Source: Candidatus Thorarchaeota archaeon
GTDB lineage: Archaea; Asgardarchaeota; Thorarchaeia; Thorarchaeales; Thorarchaeaceae
Assembly (NCBI GenBank): GCA_003345555.1
Contig: PRDJ01000042.1
Span: 44,678-76,677, forward strand
Length of the DNA: 32,000 bases
Reading direction: 5' to 3'
Shown here: piece after piece, positions 26,043-32,000 of the stretch
Layout of the letters: every line of letters starts with the position of its first letter
How positions within the stretch are numbered: position 1 is the stretch's first letter
Notes under the pieces: model-generated
The model's input: only the letters and a program-made list of their open reading frames with translations
The model's database searches: none
Told to the model about the DNA's origin: nothing
Position numbers and translations under genes: made by a program

Positions 26043-26145
26043 GGCCGATTCCTTCCCTAGAGGATGTCTCTACAGACAGGACCACTTGAGTCTATTTAAG
26101 CGATTCCCGATTGTTTACGTTGTCGTCTCTTCTCTTTGGCGAAAA

Positions 26146-26817
26146 TCACCACATCCTAGAGTGGTCGAAGAGCGAGGTGGGGTAAACAATCATGAGGGGT
26201 ACCAATGCGTCCCAGAGACTCTGGATTCCGTTGAGAATCAAGGCATAGGTGATAATGAAGTCTGTAGTAAGGTAGGGTGATATCAGGAGGGGAACAAGAA
26301 TCAGATTGGCCGGAACCATCAGAAGCAGCCTCACGCAGAATGCCACTATCATCAGAATCGTGTAATTGCCGTAGGGTAGTCTCCCTAGAGGTTGTGCGAG
26401 GTACTGTCCTCCGAATCTTGTTCCATACTTTCGTACTCCAAGCCATGGTACAACTATCATTGGCAGAGTGGCAAGGAATTTGAACATCGGACCGATGCCA
26501 GTCGGGTCGAAGAAGAACAGGCAGACAGTGCCTAGCGTAGTACTTAGCATTCCCACTCTTATGCCACCAATCAAAAAAGCGATGATCCAGAAAAGCGAAA
26601 CAGGATCGAAGAGCGCAATTCCCCACCCGGGGATTCTCGGAAGCATCGAGGCAATGGGTGTAATCGCTGCCGAGAGTGCCGCGAAGACAGCAGCAACAAC
26701 AAGCTGGATGACTCTGCTATGCTCCTTGGAAACACCCACAAGCTGAGTGTCCACAATGGCATGCTCTGCTTCCGGTTGCTGTGGCTCTGCAGGTGAGTCC
26801 GTGGGGGCTTGCGACAT
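26146..26817 (-). CDS. ECF transporter S-component-like membrane protein
   Basis: AAVFAALSAAI, FDPVSLFWIIAFLIGGIRVG and about six TM segments. Confidence 0.72.
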   Translation of the reverse strand: MSQAPTDSPAEPQQPEAEHAIVDTQLVGVSKEHSRVIQLVVAAVFAALSAAITPIASMLPRIPGWGIALFDPVSLFWIIAFLIGGIRVGMLSTTLGTVCLFFFDPTGIGPMFKFLATLPMIVVPWLGVRKYGTRFGGQYLAQPLGRLPYGNYTILMIVAFCVRLLLMVPANLILVPLLISPYLTTDFIITYALILNGIQSLWDALVPLMIVYPTSLFDHSRMW

Positions 26818-26873
26818 GCGTTTAGGGGCAGCGTCTCCATCTTAAGTAGATTACTCAGCGACTAAGAGCTTAC

Positions 26874-27341
26874 TCAATCATGAGTAGGACCGTCAGGGGG
26901 CGGAATCCGGGTAGAATGGATATCATCCACTCCGTGGTCCTCTGCCCCCATTGTTCGAACACGGCCCACCATTTGCAGTAGCTTTCGAGTTGGTTCCAGC
27001 CAGTCCGGGTTTATCCTCCAATCTGCCCAGTCTAGTCCTGATGATAGAGAGGCCCTACTGAGAATGAGCCTCGACGATACGAGTTCGTTCATTCCTTCCA
27101 GTATGGTGCCAATCGTCACAGCTCCTATGATGGATCTTACCTGCCGCGCAACTCTGAGCAGGTCACCGGTAGTAACCCATCCGCCGTCTTCTATCAAGAC
27201 TCTGAGTATTCTGGAGCGTACAGCGTCGGACTCAATAGTCCTCTTCAGTGGTGCCAGATTAATGGGCGGCGTGGGTCTGCTTGGCTCACGCGTATCCCAC
27301 GAAGCGGAATCCGGATCACCGACGAAGGGACTGAAGTCCAT
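26874..27341 (-). CDS. Putative winged-helix DNA-binding protein
   Basis: RSRILRVLIEDGGWVTTGDLL...TIGTILEGMNELVSSRLI...WRINP helix-turn-helix-wing pattern. Start placed at ATG 27341; the track starts at 27389. Confidence 0.55.
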   Translation of the reverse strand: MDFSPFVGDPDSASWDTREPSRPTPPINLAPLKRTIESDAVRSRILRVLIEDGGWVTTGDLLRVARQVRSIIGAVTIGTILEGMNELVSSRLILSRASLSSGLDWADWRINPDWLEPTRKLLQMVGRVRTMGAEDHGVDDIHSTRIPPPDGPTHD

Positions 27342-27465
27342 GTTCTGCCAACACCAGGACTGTTGACTGCCCGGGAGGATTTGAAACACAGTATTATGAG
27401 ACGCTCATCGAGTGTGCATAGTTATTGCACAACCCTTATTTTTCACTGAACTTCAGTACATCCAA

Positions 27466-27858
27466 ATGAAGACCAGAGATCCATTGGAAGGCCTTTTCAC
27501 AAGAAGCCTCCAAAAGCCCTCAGACCTATTGTGCTGTGCGTTTGGACTGCATGATAGCGAGATTGACGCATACTTCTGTCTCCTCACTGAACCCCAGACT
27601 GTTGAATCGATATCCTCTGCAATCGTGCGTGACCGCAGCACTACTCAGCGAATTCTCAACAAGCTCCGAACAAAGGGTCTAGTGGAACGTGAGGCAAGGC
27701 CGATTGAGAAGGGCGGATACTACTACATGTACAGAGCTATCTCAACGGAGACAGTGAGGAAGCAAATGCTCGCTCAGCTTGACAAATGGTACAATGAAAC
27801 CAGAAGATTCTTGTCGTCGGGCTGGCCGCAAAAGCCCGAGCGGATGTCAGTCTCTTGA
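27466..27858 (+). CDS. TrmB-like (COG3355-type) HTH transcriptional regulator
   Basis: LLCCAFGLHDSEIDAYFCLL, RDRSTTQRILNKL..KGLVER and GGYYYMYRA. Start moved to ATG 27466. Confidence 0.85.
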   Translation: MKTRDPLEGLFTRSLQKPSDLLCCAFGLHDSEIDAYFCLLTEPQTVESISSAIVRDRSTTQRILNKLRTKGLVEREARPIEKGGYYYMYRAISTETVRKQMLAQLDKWYNETRRFLSSGWPQKPERMSVS

Positions 27859-27868
27859 GGCAACGTAA

Positions 27869-28444
27869 ATGCTGTCAATGCCGATTCGGACGAACACCAT
27901 CACCGTCACGTGCATGGCAATGATTGCGGCCCTGGGAATTGCTGCACGTTTCCTAATCCGTATTCCGCTTGTGCCCAATCTAGTCGAACTCACACCTGGT
28001 TTTCTCTTCTCTGAGCTGAGTGGTGTCGTAGGTGGCCTTGCGGGCGGAATGCTAGTAGGAGCCGCTATTGGCGTAGGCGGAGCGATAGCTGGAGGTGAAT
28101 TCCCGCTTATGCCCATGATTGGCAACATCTTCCTGGGCGTCGGAACTGGTTATGCGATTCATTTCACAAAAGACCGAGACAGTCTCAGGTACGCGCTGAT
28201 GGTCGTATTGGGCGGCGGCTTAATTGGCGGCTTCGTGCCTGACATGACAGTGTTTCTTCCACTCACCGAATCGTTCCAAGCCGCTTTCCTGGCAGCGTTG
28301 GCGGACACTATTCAAGGGCTGTTCTGGGCACCAGTTGCCCTGTTCGTGGAGAGGGCCGTTATCAGGCCCCTGCTCGGGCACTATCTGTATGCTTATCCCC
28401 AGCAATTGACATTGGAAAGAACGGAACGTGACGAGAATGTCTAA
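27869..28444 (+). CDS. ECF transporter S-component-like membrane protein
   Basis: AMIAALGIAARFLIRIP, GVVGGLAGGMLVGAAIG and five or six TM segments; overlaps the hypB start. Confidence 0.68.
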   Translation: MLSMPIRTNTITVTCMAMIAALGIAARFLIRIPLVPNLVELTPGFLFSELSGVVGGLAGGMLVGAAIGVGGAIAGGEFPLMPMIGNIFLGVGTGYAIHFTKDRDSLRYALMVVLGGGLIGGFVPDMTVFLPLTESFQAAFLAALADTIQGLFWAPVALFVERAVIRPLLGHYLYAYPQQLTLERTERDENV

Positions 28445-29087
28445 CAAGACCGTATCAATCGACGTGCAAAAGGACCTGTTTGGTGCGAACAAGGGTGCTG
28501 CTATTTCCAATGCTGACGAATTCAAGAAGCACGGGATTCACGCTTTCGATGTCATGGGTTCCGTAGGTAGCGGGAAGACGTTGTTCATTGAAGCATTATG
28601 CGAAAAGATGTCAGGACGCTACAAGATTCTCATGGTCGCAGGTGACTTGGCTACTAGGATTGATGCCGATAGGGTTGCCTCTCACGGCATAGACACGGTG
28701 CAAATCAACACTGGCAATGCCTGTCATCTTGATGCAAGAATGGTCCGTTTCGCCCTGAAGGATGTTGACCTATCGAAGTACGAGCTCGTCTTCATTGAAA
28801 ATGTTGGCAATCTGATTTGCCCTGCAGGTTACTCTCTTGGAGTCGAGAAGCGAATAGTCCTCCTTGGAATCACCGAGGGCCCGTATATGGTTCGAAAGCA
28901 CCCTCTCACAATCAAGAGGGCGGATATTATCGTGATAAACAAGATAGACCTTGCCGAAGTGCTCGACTTTGACGTTGAGGCACTGGTTAGCGATGTTCGT
29001 GAAGTAGACTCAGATCTCCCGGTTTTCTTAGTGAGCTCAAAGACTGGCCAAGGTATTGACGAGGTCGTGCATGGTCTCGGTCTCTAG
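28437..29087 (+). CDS. hypB: Hydrogenase nickel-incorporation GTPase HypB
   Basis: MGSVGSGKT, GDLATRIDA, TGNACHLDA, ENVGNLICPA, EGP..V.KHP, NKIDLA and SSKTGQG. Confidence 0.93.
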   Translation: MSNKTVSIDVQKDLFGANKGAAISNADEFKKHGIHAFDVMGSVGSGKTLFIEALCEKMSGRYKILMVAGDLATRIDADRVASHGIDTVQINTGNACHLDARMVRFALKDVDLSKYELVFIENVGNLICPAGYSLGVEKRIVLLGITEGPYMVRKHPLTIKRADIIVINKIDLAEVLDFDVEALVSDVREVDSDLPVFLVSSKTGQGIDEVVHGLGL

Positions 29088-29770
29088 GAACCCGCCTGAG
29101 ACTCTAGCAACTTTGACAGGGCGTTTTGCACTCCTTCAATGTGCCCAGCACCCAGCACGGCGACGATCTTGCCCTTCACGTCGTTGAGTATCGTGCAAAG
29201 AGCATTTGCCACGTATTTGTCTCTCTCGTCAATCAATGCATTGCTCAGATGAGGGAACTCAGACCTAAACTCCTCCATTACCGCAGTCACCGCGCCCTCT
29301 TCCTTGAGCGTCGTCATCAAATCCTGAGCGTCACCATGTTGTATGTCGTCCGAAGCCCCCGGAATCATATTGAACATCCTATAGACCTCGTCCAGAGGAA
29401 CGGACATGATGGCCTGTGCTGTTGCTTGGATCGGTCTGTCTACAAGGGCTATCTTCGAACCGAGCTTCCTGCCTTCCTCGATTGCAGCCAGCATCTCCGC
29501 TCCAACATCGGAACCTGTTACATTTCCGAGTTTCTTTTCTAGTAGCGCAATCTGCTGGAACAAATCCTGAACAACTTCGCCCGTTGGAACTTGAGCCGTC
29601 ATTTCCTGCTCTGTCGGGGGGTGCAGGAGCTGCTGGTACCTATCACGGTCTAATTCGACGGCAACGACTTCTGGCTTTGTTTCTTTCACCGCTTTCCTGA
29701 CATGCTTCACGCTGTCTATATCAGTATGAATGACACCAACGAACAATACTCTGTCAGGGATTGCCTTCAA
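29084..29770 (-). CDS. TraB/PrgY/GumN family protein
   Basis: GVIH, KPEVVAVELD..RY, EMLAAI, ALVDRPI, LIDERD and VAVLGAGHIEG. Confidence 0.88.
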   Translation of the reverse strand: MKAIPDRVLFVGVIHTDIDSVKHVRKAVKETKPEVVAVELDRDRYQQLLHPPTEQEMTAQVPTGEVVQDLFQQIALLEKKLGNVTGSDVGAEMLAAIEEGRKLGSKIALVDRPIQATAQAIMSVPLDEVYRMFNMIPGASDDIQHGDAQDLMTTLKEEGAVTAVMEEFRSEFPHLSNALIDERDKYVANALCTILNDVKGKIVAVLGAGHIEGVQNALSKLLESQAGS

Positions 29771-29983
29771 TTTCAGAACCTGCGCTAGTATCTGCGAATC
29801 CTACCTTTTATGTTTCGTTTCAGATACATACTCAACTCGTGAACTGCTTGCACCAAGGCGATCGGTCTTGAATGGCCTGAACTACATGTCATCAGATCTG
29901 AGCAGAAAATCCGACAATCTCTCCATTGCTCTCTTGGCAACGCGTTTCCGCAATCGATATAGAAGTCTGTTTCAAATCACCCG

Positions 29984-30397
29984 TTAAGGGTGGGGAACAA
30001 AAATGATCTCGATTGTGCCTGATGTCATTCTTACTTCCATATTGCACGTCTCCGCGCTGATGGGCGCCCCGACAATGACAATGTTGTGAGCATAGGAGCT
30101 CGTCCAGACAATCGGCTCCTGAGTGCTCTTTTGGAACGATACTGCAAGGGTATTCCCTGTTGCAGTCACGGTAACACCGTTCGGGACGTATACATTAGAT
30201 ATGACGTTCGCAACAACCCCTAGATCAACCCGGTCAGTCGCATTCTGCACTTCTTGCGCAAACGTTCTGGCGAGTTCAAATTCGGATGCCGCATTCACAG
30301 TGTCGATGGCGTACAGAAGAACCGGCACGCCCACTATGACGGCAGTGGTCAAACCGACTGCAACAAGCATCATCTTCTCCAGCGAACGTGATACCAT
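29984..30397 (-). CDS. Single-pass, pilin-like membrane/secreted protein
   Basis: N-terminal SLE followed by a ~20-aa hydrophobic helix, an amphipathic helix and a beta-rich C-terminal part. Confidence 0.55.
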   Translation of the reverse strand: MVSRSLEKMMLVAVGLTTAVIVGVPVLLYAIDTVNAASEFELARTFAQEVQNATDRVDLGVVANVISNVYVPNGVTVTATGNTLAVSFQKSTQEPIVWTSSYAHNIVIVGAPISAETCNMEVRMTSGTIEIIFVPHP

Positions 30398-30456
30398 GGC
30401 TTTCTATCAGCCAGTTCCCCCAATAAAGCAACCCCGAACTTGCTCTTGCACCTGCT

Positions 30457-30486
30457 AGGGACGTTCCAAGCAGCTGAACGGTCCCT
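30457..30486. promoter_or_regulatory. Inverted repeat upstream of a putative selB promoter
   Basis: AGGGACGTTC-CAAGCAGCT-GAAC(G)GTCCCT (10 bp, one bulge). A TTTTAA box at about 30497-30502 lies about 25 nt before ATG 30524, consistent with a leaderless transcript. Confidence 0.33.
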
Positions 30487-30523
30487 CGGTGAAGGTTTTA
30501 ACGCGCTGAGGTTGGAGCATACA

Positions 30524-31930
30524 ATGAGCCTGAGAATGGAAAGCCTTGTCCCGATTCACGTTGGTCTGGTTGGTCACATTGACCATGGCAAGACGCAGCT
30601 AGCAAGGGCCCTCAGCCAGAAGGTGTCCACTGCCGGACTTGACAAGCATCCACAATCTCGGGAACGGGGTATAACCATAGATTTGGGCTTCACTATGTTT
30701 GTGCTCGGTAAGTATCTCGTGACGCTTGTGGACTCGCCGGGTCATGCAGACCTTTTCCGCAGTGTAGTTGCTGGGGCCGGGATTATCGATGCCGCCTTAG
30801 TAGCTGTTGCAGCCGACGAGGGTCCCAAGGTGCAGACCGGGGAGCACCTCTTGTTGCTTGAGTCAATGGGCGTTGATACGATTATAGTGGTAATCACGAA
30901 AACGGACATAGCCGACGAGAACCAGCAGACTCTGGTAGAGGACCGCATGAAGTCGATTGTAGGCGGAATGTCCTTTACAAAAACCGAGTTCGTCAGGGTC
31001 TCTGCACTTACCGGTCGCGGTATCGACACGCTTCGTGATGTAATGCTGCGCACGATTGTTCCGAAGGTGAGACAGAAAGAAGGATCTTTCCTTATGCCAA
31101 TCGATCACGCCTTTTCAGTGAAAGGCCATGGCACTGTTGTCACCGGCACGATCTTGAGGGGTCAACTCCAGACGGACGATATCCTTGAGCTATTACCTCA
31201 GGGCATGAAGGGGAAAGTCAGGTCGATCCAGACCTTCAGTGAGCCGCGGAGTCGAGCGAGCGCGGGCGACAGAGTCGGAATCAATCTCCCAGACCTATCC
31301 GACCGAGTAGTCAGCCGAGGTGACTACGTCTGCGAGCCTGGATCACTCAAGACGACCACTGGTCTCATTCTGGCGTTTCGAGCTAATCCACTATATCGTG
31401 GCCGTCTGGTCAAGAGAATGATTGTCAGTGCAACTGTGGGTATGCCCACTGTCACGGCCGAAATCATGCCATTTGAAATAGAGAACGGTGAGAAAGTAAT
31501 AGTCGACGAGGCTGATAGCAACGAATCGAACATTGCACTGCTACTCCAGAAGGAGATTGCCGCCGAGGTTGGCATGAGGGTGGTTCTGATGCGGACTGAT
31601 CTGTCTCCCACCCAAATGCGCATTGTCGGCTCTGGCCAAGTAGTCGAAATGCCCGGCAGCATCATCCTGAACAAGAGGAAACAGCGCTCTGGCAGGGTGT
31701 CTCGTGTCAGACAGAATGATGTTTTAGTGGAGGGTCTTGCTTCGACAAAAGAGCGCGCCGAGTCTATGGCCGGACTATCAGTAAGGACCGTAACTGGGCG
31801 TAAGGGCCAGCTCGGAGAACCTTTCGGCACCCGCGGAGTTATCACGGCTGTGTTCGACGGCCCTGTGGCCAATACTGAGAAGATCATCTACGAGAGACTC
31901 GTTGAGGAGGAGTATCACTTTGGACATTGA
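30524..31930 (+). CDS. selB: Selenocysteine-specific translation elongation factor SelB/eEFSec
   Basis: GHIDHGKT, RGITIDLGF, DSPGHA, AADEGPKVQTGEH, IDHAFSVKGHGTVVTGT, and an archaeal/eukaryotic-type domain IV (GQLGEPFGTRG). Start moved to ATG 30524 (or 30536). Confidence 0.93.
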   Translation: MSLRMESLVPIHVGLVGHIDHGKTQLARALSQKVSTAGLDKHPQSRERGITIDLGFTMFVLGKYLVTLVDSPGHADLFRSVVAGAGIIDAALVAVAADEGPKVQTGEHLLLLESMGVDTIIVVITKTDIADENQQTLVEDRMKSIVGGMSFTKTEFVRVSALTGRGIDTLRDVMLRTIVPKVRQKEGSFLMPIDHAFSVKGHGTVVTGTILRGQLQTDDILELLPQGMKGKVRSIQTFSEPRSRASAGDRVGINLPDLSDRVVSRGDYVCEPGSLKTTTGLILAFRANPLYRGRLVKRMIVSATVGMPTVTAEIMPFEIENGEKVIVDEADSNESNIALLLQKEIAAEVGMRVVLMRTDLSPTQMRIVGSGQVVEMPGSIILNKRKQRSGRVSRVRQNDVLVEGLASTKERAESMAGLSVRTVTGRKGQLGEPFGTRGVITAVFDGPVANTEKIIYERLVEEEYHFGH

Positions 31931-32000
31931 ACGCAAGTTGTTGGATCTTGTGCCCGAAAGCATGGCGGCGAGAGGGAAGGTAACTCTCGAGGCGCTCCTA
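31920..32000 (+). CDS. spcS: Probable O-phosphoseryl-tRNA(Sec) selenium transferase (SepSecS) N-terminus; truncated by the window edge
   Basis: A TTG overlapping the selB end gives MDIERKLLDLVPESMAARGKVTLEALL. This resembles the methanococcal SepSecS start (IEGLIPKNMEKRGELVLNEYL, recalled). Only 27 codons are visible. Confidence 0.62.
   Translation, partial: MDIERKLLDLVPESMAARGKVTLEALL

Noticed and set aside
29730-29987. 85-aa plus-strand ORF and the short minus-strand frames between traB and the pilin-like gene
   Set aside because: No motifs. It overlaps neighbours on the opposite strand, and the minus-strand frames lack good starts.
30457-30486. Hairpin next to selB (and the 3630-3656 hairpin) as SECIS elements
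   Set aside because: Neither shows the archaeal GAA/A bulge or a correctly registered RUGA/GA kink-turn core, and neither follows a UGA-containing ORF.
1-32000. Long antisense ORFs in the track (e.g. 2686-3417, 19651-20121, 21748-22623, 22719-23291, 31324-31887)
   Set aside because: They lie opposite or within well-supported genes and have no motifs; they are shadow ORFs.
1-32000. tRNA, rRNA, SRP or RNase P RNA genes, replication origin, transposases
   Set aside because: No T-loop GTTCRA cloverleaf, rRNA-like stretch, ORB repeats/cdc6 or transposase motifs were seen by eye. A tRNAscan-SE/Infernal run would be needed to exclude them firmly.

Overview
Gene-dense archaeal chromosome segment, almost certainly from an Asgard archaeon. 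ESCRT-I/II/III plus Vps4, a longin protein, archaeal TFB, DGGGP synthase and a selB-SepSecS pair at roughly 50% GC suggest Thorarchaeia (inference). Housekeeping genes (polB 3' end, aspS, argS, tldD/pmbA, tfb, endonuclease IV, RNA methyltransferase, hypB, selB) surround an ESCRT locus at 9044-14201. That locus is the most interesting part. It encodes a fusion of a Vps28-like N-terminal hairpin (ESCRT-I) with the Vps22/36 winged-helix pair (ESCRT-II), plus Vps25, Vps4 and one Vps2/24/46-type ESCRT-III. It also encodes a 546-aa protein with B-box/Zn ribbons, a coiled coil, a GRAM/GLUE-like PH domain and a Vps23/37 steadiness-box hairpin. Together these suggest a domain-shuffled, two-protein ESCRT-I/II scaffold. 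Other signals are missed or mis-started by the ORF track: a winged-helix regulator gene out of frame at a G5 run, a Zn-ribbon/Yip1 gene that seems to start at ACG, and an AT-rich ~385-bp segment bounded by direct repeats carrying a basic 26-aa sORF. A half methanogenesis-marker-9 Cys domain and a probably inactive glycosidase-like barrel are also present. All homology calls come from motifs recalled from memory; no database searches were run. No tRNA, rRNA, CRISPR array or transposase was recognised.
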